From Azolla caroliniana (Eukaryota; Plantae; Polypodiophyta), in the NCBI GenBank assembly GCA_043228905.1, contig JBHGNT010000013.1, positions 7,378,001 to 7,442,000 of the forward strand: DNA of 64,000 nt, read 5' to 3'. The position numbers and the translations under genes are program-made. Shown piece by piece: positions 51,730 through 63,062 of this stretch (the stretch's first letter is position 1; every line of letters begins with the position of its first letter). The notes under the pieces were generated by a model. The model was not told where the DNA came from. It made no database searches and was given only the letters and a program-made list of their open reading frames with translations.

Positions 51730-53826
51730 GTGTTGAGGCTAGTCCGGCCAGGCAGACAACACTATTTTGGCGACCACGATTCCTGCAAACTGCAGAGGAC
51801 AACCGGGGGATGGATGTCTAGACCAAACGACGACCACATCACCGAACGAGGGAGACGATACACCGAACGCGAGCAACGACGGGAAGCCCTGCAGCAAGCC
51901 GTCGACGAGATCCGGTGGGATCGGTCATTCTCCAAAACTCTTCGAAGAGTCGCAGAAGAAGCACTGCAGTTCCGGGTTCTGCAAATCCCCGATGAAGGCA
52001 GTAGCATAACAAGCCTACAAGAGGCGGAAACGATACTACAGACGCTCGCCGGGGGCGACGGGGACTCGGAAGCATTCGCAACACTTGAGGCGGAGTCGGA
52101 AAGCGACGGAAGCGTTGCGTCCCGGCATAAAAGCAGCCACGACACACCAAACGACCGGGGGGAAGAGGGGTCGGAAGACTCAGTAACACCGGAGCCAGAG
52201 GAAGAAATAACCTTGGAGTTCGGTGACCGGCAATCGCCGAGGGAGGCTGACGGGATACCGACAACACCCGCGAAGGATCCGAAGGAGCAGATACCGACAA
52301 CATCCGCGGAGGAACCAAAGGACCGGACACCGGCAACACCCGCGGAGGAACTGAAGGAGCGGATACTGGCACCAACCGCGGAGGAACCAAAGGTTCTCAC
52401 ACCGACGCCAACAACGGACAGAGAGCGGAGAAGGCAGGAGAGTCAGTTGGACGACATGATGCCGTACCCATACCCAAAGTACCGGGATGAGCCCGACGCA
52501 GAGGCACACCTGTACGCATTCCTCCAAACATGGGAAGCCAACCATGTCTCCCAAAGACTGACGGAGCCCGAAGCCAACCGATCCAAAGTCGCCGAATTCG
52601 GCATGACCTTAGAAGGACCGGCGGCCCGATGGCACGCAGAGCACTTTCCGGGCAGCTTTGCCACATTCGATGCCTTGAAGGCCAGATTCCTCAGGCTTTT
52701 TCACAGACAAGTTGAGCAAAGGGAATTGGTTGGGCAGTTCTACACCACCCAGCAGGAAGAGAATGAGACTGTGCCACAATTCATCATTCGGTTTCAGACC
52801 CTGCACAGCCAACTGACGAGAGCACCACCCGAAGACGAAGCCAAAGCAGTCTTTTTGGCCGCGCTGAAAGAGCCACTTCGAACAATGTGCGGAGTCCTTG
52901 ATTTCCACACCAGCACAATGGACCAAGTTATTGATCGGGTCTTAGAAATGGACAAGACTAGTTCCTTCTTGTCGATGGGGATGTTACACCGGGCACTCCC
53001 AAAGGAGGAAGACTTGAGGTTCCGACAGGCCTTACAATGCACAACATGCCTAAATTCGGGCCACTCAACAGTAGACTGCACCCTCCGGACACAATGTATG
53101 ATCTGCAACTCTCGAGCCCATACAACGGACCGATGCGAATATAACCTCTTAAATCAGCAGGCAGCACCGGTTCGACACATAGAACCGCGCAATCAGAACC
53201 CGGATGAGGATCGATTCCGGAGAGATGACCGCTACCAACGCGAACGCGGTAACAGATACGCTGATAGAAGATGCGATAACTATGACCGAGAGGAGAAACG
53301 CAGAGATAGCTACCCCCGGGACCGGTACGACCGAGATGAATCCCCGGAATACGAACGACGCAGAGAAGAGAGGCGACAAGGGAACCGAAATTTCCGACGG
53401 AATCAGAAGCGTGGATTTTTCCGAAGAGAGGAACGTTGGGAGGCAGTGAGGAATGACAACCCGGTATCGGTACCAGATAACCGAAAAACCGAAGACGACC
53501 GCCGAAGCATACCCACCCTCCAAACCGGGGACAAAGGAGAAACGAGCAACAGTCACAAGGTGTACTGTTATTACTGCCGTAAGGAAGGCCACTATAGTAA
53601 CCAATGCCCAAGCAAAACCAATGACAAGCAGCCGATAGTCAACATGGTTACAGCCGAAATAACAGAAGTACAGCAGGTCACAACCCGGTCAAAGGGAAAG
53701 ACCGCCGAGTGGGAAGCCCAGGAGGCAATCAGAAAACAAGCGGCGCAATGGATCAAGGAGGCCAATGAACAGAATGCGGTAGAAGTAAGAGACCAAAATA
53801 TGCCAAAAGACGAAGAAATCATATAG
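51730..53826 (+). CDS. E Gag (likely start ATG ~51814) with three CCHC knuckles
   Basis: Retrotransposon-gag-like core L.G.A..W...F.RLF; CTTC..GH..C, CMIC...H...C and CYYC..GH...C. The terminal TAG is in frame with the protease. Confidence 0.85.
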   Translation: MLRLVRPGRQHYFGDHDSCKLQRTTGGWMSRPNDDHITERGRRYTEREQRREALQQAVDEIRWDRSFSKTLRRVAEEALQFRVLQIPDEGSSITSLQEAETILQTLAGGDGDSEAFATLEAESESDGSVASRHKSSHDTPNDRGEEGSEDSVTPEPEEEITLEFGDRQSPREADGIPTTPAKDPKEQIPTTSAEEPKDRTPATPAEELKERILAPTAEEPKVLTPTPTTDRERRRQESQLDDMMPYPYPKYRDEPDAEAHLYAFLQTWEANHVSQRLTEPEANRSKVAEFGMTLEGPAARWHAEHFPGSFATFDALKARFLRLFHRQVEQRELVGQFYTTQQEENETVPQFIIRFQTLHSQLTRAPPEDEAKAVFLAALKEPLRTMCGVLDFHTSTMDQVIDRVLEMDKTSSFLSMGMLHRALPKEEDLRFRQALQCTTCLNSGHSTVDCTLRTQCMICNSRAHTTDRCEYNLLNQQAAPVRHIEPRNQNPDEDRFRRDDRYQRERGNRYADRRCDNYDREEKRRDSYPRDRYDRDESPEYERRREERRQGNRNFRRNQKRGFFRREERWEAVRNDNPVSVPDNRKTEDDRRSIPTLQTGDKGETSNSHKVYCYYCRKEGHYSNQCPSKTNDKQPIVNMVTAEITEVQQVTTRSKGKTAEWEAQEAIRKQAAQWIKEANEQNAVEVRDQNMPKDEEII
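52258..52401 (+). repeat. 36-bp coding repeat, 4 units, in E gag
   Basis: PTTPAKDPKEQI / PTTSAEEPKDRT / PATPAEELKERI / LAPTAEEPKVLT. Confidence 0.85.
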
Positions 53827-53871
53827 CCAGGAGAAAACCCGACGTGGCAAGCGCTACAGGACTATCAAATC

Positions 53872-56800
53872 GTGTTGCCGTTAGCACGGCTACTACAGTT
53901 GGTGCCACGGTTTACGGCAGACTTACAGGCATCCGTGAGCAAACCGAAGCCGACACCAACACCGGCATTCTTCTCCAACCCGGAGGAAGGACCAACGGTG
54001 GTCGATACAAGTAGCCCGGCGATCACGGCAATCGTGAAAGGAAAGGAAATTGCTGGAACGATTATTGACGGAGGCTCCGGGGTAAATGTCATCAGCCGAC
54101 AAACATGCGAGAACCTGGGCATCCGGGAATGGGAACCATGCCCCTTCTGGTTATGCATGGCGGATACCAGCTCAGTCCGACCGACCGGGCTTATCCGGGA
54201 TTTGGAAGTAACGATCGGAGGCCACGTATTCCGGATATCGGTCGTAGTGCTGCAGCTGAATGTACAAGGCGCGTACCCCCTACTGCTAGGACGACCATGG
54301 CTGCGAACGGCGTATATCAAGCAGAATTGGCAAAAGAACATGATCACATTCCGGCGAGGGAAAATAAATGTACGAGTAACGACGCAACCACGGGTGATCA
54401 CCAGTAAGGAAGCAACTCCATTGTATGCGGAAAGCATCAACATGTTGGAGGGATTACCGGACGAGGAAGTCGAGCGGTACCTCGAGGAACACCCACGAAT
54501 AGTCCCACTATTTGAGGTGGATATCACGGCGGCAGTAGAACCGTACATTACGACGCCGGATGAACCGGACCAAGCAGCGATCCGGGAACTGCGACAAGCA
54601 CAGGAATCCCTAGAGAGGAAAATGACGATATCCCAGAGGGTAAAAGCATCCCAACTAGAGGAGGTGGACCTCGGCACAACAGAAAAGACCCGACCGGTAA
54701 ATGTCGCAAAGGAATTGCCGAAGGAAGAAAAGAAGGCAATGGTAGCATTATTAACAGACTTCAAGGATGTGTTCGCGTGGTCGTACGAAGACATGCGAGG
54801 GCTGGACCCCTAGCTCTATCAGCACCAAATTAACCTAAGTACGGACGCGAAACCGATCGCTCAACGCAGGTACCGGATGAATCCGAATTATGCGGCGAAG
54901 GTGGAGGAAATTGATAAGCTCCTCCGGGTTGGATTTATCCGACCGGTCAAGCAGGCAACCTGGCTGAGTCCGATAGTGGTGGTCCCGAAAAAGAACGGCA
55001 AAATCCGGGTATGCGTGGACTATCGCAAACTAAATGCCGCAACAGTGACCGATGCGTTTCCACTACCATTTACGGACGGGCTGTTAGATGCGGTAGCCGG
55101 CCACGAAGTTTACAGCTTCCTGGATGGATTTAGCGGCTACAACCAAATACGAATGAACCCGGCCGACCAGGAGAAGACAGCGTTCGTTACGGAATGGGGA
55201 GTGTTCGTCGCGGTCGTGATGATGTTCGGACTAAAGACGGCTCCAGCGACCTTTCAAAGGATAATAATGGAAATTTTCGGGGAATATATCCCCGGTTTTA
55301 TGCAGGTCTTCCTTGACGATTTCGCGGTCTACAGCCGGCACGGAGAGCATCTCGATCACCTCCGGCTGTGCTTGGAGAAGTGCCGCGAGTACCGGTTGAG
55401 TCTGAACCCGGCCAAGTGTGTCTTTGGAGTGGCAAGCGGCAACTTACTAGGGCACGAGGTGAGTAAGGAAGGAATCGCGGTAGATCCGGATAAAGTCAAG
55501 GCAATTCTCGAGGCACCCGCACCAAATAACGCAAAGGCTTTAAGCCGGTTCCTGGGCCAAATAAGGTGGCATAGCCGGATGATACGGCACCTTGCAGACT
55601 TTGCTACACCATTACATACCGCCGTACACAGGGTACCCTTCCTATGGGCGGAGACGGAGGAGGAAGCCTACCAAGCGTTGAAGGTTATGCTGTCGCAAGC
55701 TCCGGTGGTGCAACCGCCGGATTGGAGTAAAAGCTTTCACGTCTTCATCGACGCGTCGGACGTAGCAATCGGCAGCGTTCTGATGCAACTCACAGAGCCG
55801 AAATGGTACCGACCGGTGTACTACGCAAGCCGGAAACTCTCAAAAGCCGAACGGAACTACTCCACGACGGAACGCGAGGCATTGGGAATGGTGTATAGTG
55901 TCACAAAGTACAGGCACTATCTGCTCGGAAGGAAGTTTGCCTTCCATGTCGACCATTCGGCACTACTCTACCTGGTCTCGAAGGCATCCCTGACGGGAAA
56001 AATTGCACGATGGACACTGCTGTTACAGGAATTTGAATTCGACATTTTCCACCGACCCGGGGCACAGCATGCGGTAGCGGACTACCTAAGCAGACTCGAA
56101 TCCGGAGAAGTAGGGGACGGCGTCCAGGATGAGTTCCTCGACGCCGAGTTGTTCCGGATCACGACGAAACCGGCAACGGATGCAACGGTAGCCGATGAAG
56201 ACACGTGGCTAACTGAGATGCATCAGTTCCTGAGCACCGGAGTACCCCCGGAGAACATGGACTGCGATGAAAGGAAAAGGGTAGCAATAAGAAGCAGACA
56301 TTTCTGCTTGGTTGGAGACACCCTCTATCACAAGGGAGCAGATGGCATTTGGAGACGAGCAGTGCGGAGCGATGAGAAGGATTTAATCCTCAGGGAAGCC
56401 CACTGTGGAATTGCCGGCGGGCATTATGCCGGCGACGCAACCGCTCGAAAAATATGGCAGAGCGGACAGTGGTGGCCCACCACCCTAAAAGATGCCGTGA
56501 AGTATAGCAGAGAATGCGATTTGTGTCAACGACTGGGCCAACCCACGGAGCAGGCCCGGATGCCACACCACCCGGTCTTGCCTTTGGAACCGTTTCAAAA
56601 GTGGGGTTTGGACTTTGTCGGTCCCTTCAAGCCACCGGCAATGCGAACCGGAAATCGGTATGTCATAGTGGCGACCGACTATTGCACCAAATGGGTAGAA
56701 GCAAAGGCCTTACGGGACAACACGGCCGCGTCCACGGCAAAGTTTCTGTACGAGTGCATATGGTGCCGGTATGGATGCCCGATCGAGCTTATAAGTGACC

Positions 56801-57480
56801 AAGGAGGACATTTTCTGGGGCAGGTAGTAGAAAGCCTGACGTCATTTTACGCGGTGGTACATAAAAGGAGTACTCCCTACTACCCTCAAGCCAATGGACT
56901 AGCGGAATCAACGAAACAAAACTCTGCAGAACATCCTACGAAAAATCGTCAACGAGAACCGGACCGACTGGGATACGAAATTGCAAAGCGCGCTATGGGC
57001 GTACCGAACAACGTACAAAACCAGCATCCGGACAACCCCGTTCCGACTAGCATTCGGTTTAGAAGCGGTCATGCCGGTAGAGTTCCAGATCCCCAGCTTA
57101 CGGATCCAGGTAAAGGAGCGCTTAAGTGAGAAGGAGTCCGAACGAATCCGGCTGGCGACGTTGTTGGAATTAGAAGAAAACCGAATAGCCAGCTTACTAC
57201 AACTCGAACTGGAGCAAAGGAGGAGAAAAGCTTTCGTGGACCGACACCGGCGTGGCAACGAAAAGGAGTTCGAAGTCGGGAAACCGGTGCTACTATTCCA
57301 GACACGCATGGGGAACATGCCGGGAAAGTTGCGGTTTCGGTGGACTGGACCGTTCTGGATCACCAAGGAGTAAAATGGGTCGTATCAGCTCGGCACGTTG
57401 TCTGGAGACGTCATCGGTAAGTGGGCAAATGGGTTTCGGCTAAAGCCGTATAAGGGAAATATGCCAGCCAACCCGTTCAA
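53872..57480 (+). pseudogene. E pol: protease, RT, RNase H, integrase (few lesions)
   Basis: IIDGGS; FLDD; FIDASD; H...GGH..C..C; SDQG; PQANG; GPF. One frameshift near 56915 and several in-frame stops. Confidence 0.94.
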
Positions 57481-57855
57481 GCAAAACCCGGAAATCCGAC
57501 ACCGACACCGACAGACGCTGCCGAAGATATCCGGACCGAGGAAGAACCGACACCGATACTACCAAAGACTATCCCAGAAAACCGACAGAAGGATCTGGTA
57601 TCAGCGCGAACCGACCCGAACAAATCGGGGGGGACCAGAAAATGACGTGGTCCAAACAAAGAAAAAAAAAAAGACGTGGGCAAAATCGACGCGAATCATA
57701 GTAGTGATGGGGAGATCACAAGAGGTGGGAGCGCCACCATGCAACGAAGAGGCACCATGCAGTAAAGAAGGACGTGCGCGTACTTGCTATTTAAAGCAGG
57801 GAACGTGGGCACTCACACGCGGCAAGCAAGAAGGACATACTAATTATGGCGAGAG

Positions 57856-59943
57856 ATGAACATGCGCGGGAAACGAAAGAGGGCGGCTCGAGGCAAAAGC
57901 CATTATATAAGACACAGGCCTGCGAAGGACTTACTTTTTACGAATTTTCCTACACACAGGCGGATCGCCGACACTCGACCACATGCAGAACCCGAGCAGG
58001 CGGCAGCATCGATTGATTTATCAGAAATCACGGAAGGAGCGGTGCAGGCGCTCACGGGGATAAAAGCAGGAGGACTTCAAACAGTCGAAAACTCTTCAAG
58101 TGAAATCCTGTTCGAATATTTCGGTGAGTATTCTATCAGCAGCAAGGCGTACCGAACATAGGGCGGAGAGAACCTGTTGTTCGGAGAAGTGGCCCGCGCC
58201 ATGATGGAATACGGATTCGTGAATCCTCATCCCTCGGCCATAGCCAGGTACCGGGCAGCGTTCTTAATTGCAGCGTACGAAGGATTACAAGTGGACTGGC
58301 TCCATTTCATAACCGAAGGATTGAAGGAGGCCATCAAGAATCTTGTGGAAGGAAAAAAGCCATGGGCCGGGATAGCACAATGGCTAACGGTGTTAGTCCC
58401 ACCGGTGCTCCCCATCAAACAAAAGAAAAGAATAATAGAAACCTTACGAGAGGAGTTAAAAGCTCAGGAGGCATTAAGGGAAAAAGAAAGGGAGCAGCGG
58501 AAAGCGGTGGAGGACGACAGACGAAAAATGGAAGAAGGCCTCCGGAAAGGCCGAGCCACTAATGACCGACTGCAAGAAGAAAAAGTGAAGCTGCAAAAGG
58601 AGAAGGACCGACTGCGTCGACATGCCGAGCAGGAGATAGAACGACTGCAGGAAGAACTCCGACAACAGAAGGACCGAGACGACCGGTTAAGAGCTCAGGC
58701 AAACCGACGCCTGAAGCAGAAGACGGAGGACTTCGACCGTCTCTACCGAGATCACAAGCAGGTCGAGTCGGACAACAAGAAACGAGCAGCAGACTACGAC
58801 CGGCAAATAGAGAAGCTGAAAGAACAGCTCAAAGAGACCCGATTAGACCTGGCTAAGGCAATGGATGAGGTCAGTGCCAAAAAGGAAGCATTGTCGGCAG
58901 AAATAACCCAAGCAACGGAGAGAAGGAAGGAATTAGAGGCGCTAAGGCGGGAAAAGCTGGATCTGACTAAGATCAGGAATGAAGAAAAGGAAAGATCGAC
59001 CTTCAAGATCAGCAAACTGCAAAGTACCTATGAAAAGCAGAAAGCGGATTACGAGGCCCAGGCTCAGATAATGGCCGACATTATAAAACAGGCAAGGAAG
59101 GAAAAGCAAGAAGCTTATGCGCATGGTAAGGTGGGGGTTGACCGGATCAAGCTCATCATGTCAGGTTGGAGTACCCGAGCTCAGGCAAGCATCAACGAAA
59201 GTACGGAAAAGCTATGGAAGTAGTGGTCACAACAGGCAGCCGAGCTTCAGACACTCTGAGCAGATGCCGAGAATCGGAGGAAGACCGGTGACAAGTTCTA
59301 CAAGATGGATGAAGAAAGTATCGTCGCCATTCGGGAAGAATTGTCGAAGGATTTCTACGCTTTAGCGGAAGAACATCTCAAAGAAATCCAAGGGTTGGTA
59401 GAGAGGTGGGATGACGGGCAGCTCGCAACTCAGTTGGAGTTGGAGAAATACGAGCAGGACCGGTTACGACAGGAAGCCAAGGGAAGAACGACGCCAATCA
59501 CTATTAGTGAGGGAGAGCGACCGGTTGAAGTTGAACCAACCGACACCGAACAACCCCGACAAGGAATACCCGAAGAAGAACTTCCGTTTGAAGGAAATCA
59601 AGAAGAGCAGGAGCAGACCGATGCCAGAGAAGAAGAAGAGCTGAGACCGGTAGACACCATAGCAGAGGAAGGAGGTGTACCGAGCCGACCAGTCGAGACC
59701 GGAGAAAGCGACACTGGTAACAGAACAGAGCCTGGAACGGAGGGAGAACAGGAAGAACCCGGAGGAAGCGGTGAGGAAGCACCGGCACCACAGAATCAAG
59801 CAGAGCCGGAGCAACAAATTTTTACGGAACAACCAACCCAACCGGAGGTCGGAGACCAGGCAGGCAAGGAACAGGAATTGGAGGAAGAAGCACCACTTGA
59901 CACCATCGAGCAGAGTGTGCTCGATATTTTGGAGGAAGAATGA
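57856..59943 (+). pseudogene. E extra 3' ORF: conserved N-terminal domain, coiled coil and acidic tail
   Basis: Same-frame ORF pieces 57856-58161, 58177-59223 and 59305-59943 are separated by TAG stops; a homologue is present in D. Confidence 0.8.
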
Positions 59944-59951
59944 GGCCGGGA

Positions 59952-59991
59952 GTGGATTCGAAGTGGAAGGCACTTTCCCACGGGCGTGCCA
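59952..59991 (+). other. tRNA-3'-end-like structure at the PPT position of E
   Basis: GTGGATTCGA-AGTGGAAGGCACTT-TCCCAC-GGGCGTGCCA, then 2 nt, then the LTR TG. Confidence 0.8.
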
Positions 59992-60383
59992 TGTGTTGGC
60001 CGGTCAGAAGAGCAAGGACAAGTGGGAAGGCGGAGTTGGATCGGATAATAGGAAGTAAATAATAGTAGAATTATTATTCGGAAGGACGGATCCAGTACAG
60101 TTGTACCGATCCGGATCCGGACCGATTCGGATGTCGGTTGCCTAAGCGCACCGATTGTAACCTTGCCGGGTGCCTATAAAAGGATCCGATGATTTGTAAA
60201 GGGTTTGAGGGAAGTAATACAAAAGTAATTATTGCGTGTTTATCTGTATCTTCGTATTGTTTACCGTATGTGCTTAATTGTAATCATCTTACGCGTGTAA
60301 CCTAGCATCCAATCCTTACAACCCCTTTGGAGAAGTGTCGGATAGACACCTGTGTTGAGGCTAGTCCGGCCAGGCAGACAACA

Positions 60384-62560
60384 CTTGACGCTCTTCTCGG
60401 CCAAATTTCCCCTTCGGTTGTTGCATTCATGGTTGTTGGTTGCAGTACCCCTAACGTTTCAAATATCGTCTATCCTGATGTGGGTATGCTTGTCATTCCA
60501 AGTACCTTCTATCGTCTCTCCTTTGCTCATAATCTGCGAAGAAGTCGCGATCATAACGATCTCGGTTGTAGTCCTCTCTTCACCTGTCGTTGTGGTTTCA
60601 AATGTAGTCCTCTCGTCTTCTATCGTCATACCGGTCACCACGTTCTAGCTGATAATATTCCTCTCTTCGGCACCGTTCCTCTCCAGGTTGCTTCTCATTC
60701 CGGGGCTCAATATATCGTACTAGTGCCACTTGTCGATTTAACAAATTATACCCACACTGGTCCATAGTGTGTGACCGAGAGTGACATAACATGCAATGAG
60801 TCCGCATCGTGCATTCTAACGTTGTGCATTGGACTGCCTATCAAAACCGTAAGTCTTCCTCTCTAGGTAGCGCTCATTGTAGAGCTCCCATCGCCATGTA
60901 ATTACTATTTTGGGCCCTATCCATCTCGAACACCCGGTCCATAACTTGATCAATGGTGGTGGTCCGGAAGTCTAATACGGACAACATTGTTCGGAACGGC
61001 TCTCGGAACGCCACCAGAAAGACTGCTTTTGCCTCATCCTCCGGAGGTGCCCTTGTCAGCTCACAGTGTAGTGTTAGGAATCGGATAATGAATTATGGGA
61101 CTGTCTCGTTGCGTTCTTGATAAACTGTATAAAATTGGCCGACGAGCTCCCTTTGCTCCATCTGTCGGTGGAACAGTCGCAGGAATTTGTCCCGCAAGGC
61201 TTCAAATGTGGTGAAGCTACCCGGGAGGTGCTTTTTAGGCCACCTTGCCACTGGGCCTTCCAATATCATTCCAAACTCCGCGATCTTTGAACGCTCTTCC
61301 TCTGCTTCTGTCAATCGTTGTGAGACATGGTTAGCTTCCCATGTATGTAAGAAAGCATAGACACGTGCCTTTGCATCTGCTTCATCCCGGTACTTTGGGT
61401 ACGAGTACGGCATGGTGTCGTCGTCTAAAGGTTGTTTCGAGGGTGGTGTCGGTATCCGATTGTCTGTTTTCTCTAATTTCTAGTCCGGTGGTGGCGTTGT
61501 ACATGTTCGGTAGTTCTCTCCGATTGTTGTTTTGGGTTTATCTCGAGGGCCAACTGTGTGGATAATGTTGTTTCCAATTATGGTGTCGGTGCGTGCTCCG
61601 AACCGTCTTTCTCCAGGTCATCCGGAATGTCGTTATTGCTTCGATAGTTTGAATGTGTCGAGAATCGTGACCGGCCACAACCGGCTTCTTGTTCGAATGT
61701 TCGGGTGAAGGGAACGTAAAATAGAATGCGTTCAGACAGAGTATGAAAACAGAAATAGCACAAGAGACAGAAACACACGATTTTAACATGGAAACCCGAA
61801 ATGGGAAAAACCACAAGGGTCCACAAACCCCGTGAAACATAATCACTATGCCAAAAAGGAGGAGTACAACTAGAAGCTCTGAGGCAACGACCTCGAGATT
61901 CTAGTTCGTCAACAAACGGCTACAGAGTTACACACGCTCTCACTCTCACTCACTTACTGTTACACAGTTATAGAGGCAACGACCCTCTAAGTAACCTTTT
62001 AACAATCACTCATCATTTTATTATGATTGCCCTAAGTACTTATATAGTAGTACACGTTTTGGGTTATTTACAAGTGTAGCCCATAAGTGCATATTTAGAC
62101 TATTTACAAGTATAGTCTTCCGAGTTGGCAGTCTACACGATTTTGGTTTATCGGCCTATCGGCCTCCGAGTCTGTCGAGTTCCTCATCAACTTGGCTCTT
62201 CTCTTCCCATCCGAAGGGACCCATTTCCTAATAGAATGAACACTATGCTCGCCGACCGATTCCGACTCAAGGGCGGAATATGCTTTCGATTCTCCGGCGC
62301 CTGTAGCAAGGGTTTGTAGTATGGATTCGGCTTCACGCAAACTACTCAAGCTACTGCCCTCGTCAAGATGTTGTTGGTTCTGCAACCGGAGCGACTCCTC
62401 CGCGACCCACAGAATCACTCTGGGAAAAGACCGGTCTTGTCCGATCTCTGCAGCCGCCAGGTGGTAGGCCTCCCGCCTTCGGAATCTTTCAGCTAGTCTT
62501 CTCGTTCGTTCGGCAACTGGGTCATTTGTCAGGCTAGTCATCCATTCCTCGATGTTCACT
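60384..62560 (-). pseudogene. G gag N-terminal and core fragments (interrupted by solo LTR S2)
   Basis: YPKYRDE..AFLHTWEANHVSQRL and SSLREAESILQTLA match E Gag. Confidence 0.88.
61630..62233 (-). mobile_element. Solo Copia LTR S2
   Basis: Shares GGTTGTGGCC, GTGGTTTTTCCC and CTTAGGGCAA blocks with the C0/C1/C2 LTRs; flanked by GAATG on both sides. Confidence 0.82.
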
Positions 62561-62592
62561 GCAGTCTCCAGGAATCGTGGTTGCCGAAACTG

Positions 62593-63062
62593 TGTTTATC
62601 CTAGGGTGGACTACCATCAAACACAGGGTGTCCTTCAGGATCACTTCACCAAAGGGGTGGTTTAGGGTAGGATGTTAACCGAGACATATATGATTCTAAT
62701 CCGAGTGTTTCGGATCGGTTCTAGGAGGGCAATATATCACCGATTGATTAGCACAAGTAAAATATAAAATTAAGCACAAATGGTAAGTAGACAAGATATG
62801 CAATACTCAAATCCAGAAACTTATATTACTTCCATGTCTATTACATTGATTTCCGGATCCTTTTATACGCGCCTTCAATTCGAAGTACAAAACGGTGCCA
62901 TATCGGCAACCAACTATGAATCAGTCTGGATTCGGATCAGTGCAACTATTCTAGATCTGTCCGTTCCTATAGTATTTCTAATTAATTATTAATCTAAATA
63001 TAATATCCGACTCCAGCTCGTCCCTTTCCACATTTGTCCTCCGGACCATACTCTGGCCAACA
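62593..63062 (-). repeat. 5' LTR of G
   Basis: Starts TGTTGGCC like the E LTR and is followed by a degenerate PBS CGGCAACCACGATTCC. Confidence 0.82.

Larger units (their letters stand above)
51372..60383 (+). mobile_element. Full-length Gypsy E (non-chromovirus with extra 3' ORF)
   Basis: 390-bp LTRs 51372-51761 and 59994-60383 with about 10 differences; perfect TSD CTTGA; PBS TGGCGACCAC at 51768-51777. Confidence 0.96.
6353..63062 (-). mobile_element. Old host Ty3/Gypsy element G (family D/E/G), split by nested insertions
   Basis: Collinear fragments homologous to E: 5' LTR 62593-63062, gag 62234-62560 and 60384-61629, gag-PR-RT 49728-51371, RT-RH 36432-37205, INT 6353-7110. Reading frames rejoin across the TSDs of C0, B2, E and S2. 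Confidence 0.88.

Noticed and set aside
53824-53826. Programmed stop-codon readthrough between E gag and pol
   Set aside because: Similar in-frame TAGs occur elsewhere in E at non-boundary positions, so a CAG-to-TAG mutation is simpler; it cannot be excluded without other copies.
58177-59223. Host coiled-coil gene (SMC/myosin-like) or retroviral envelope
   Set aside because: It lies between paired LTRs, has a homologue at the same position in D, and shows no ATPase motifs or clear transmembrane segment.
51372-60383. E actually oriented on the minus strand with antisense ORFs
   Set aside because: There is no minus-strand PPT at the left LTR, a plus-strand PBS and plus-strand TATAAAA are present, and all ORFs are on the plus strand.
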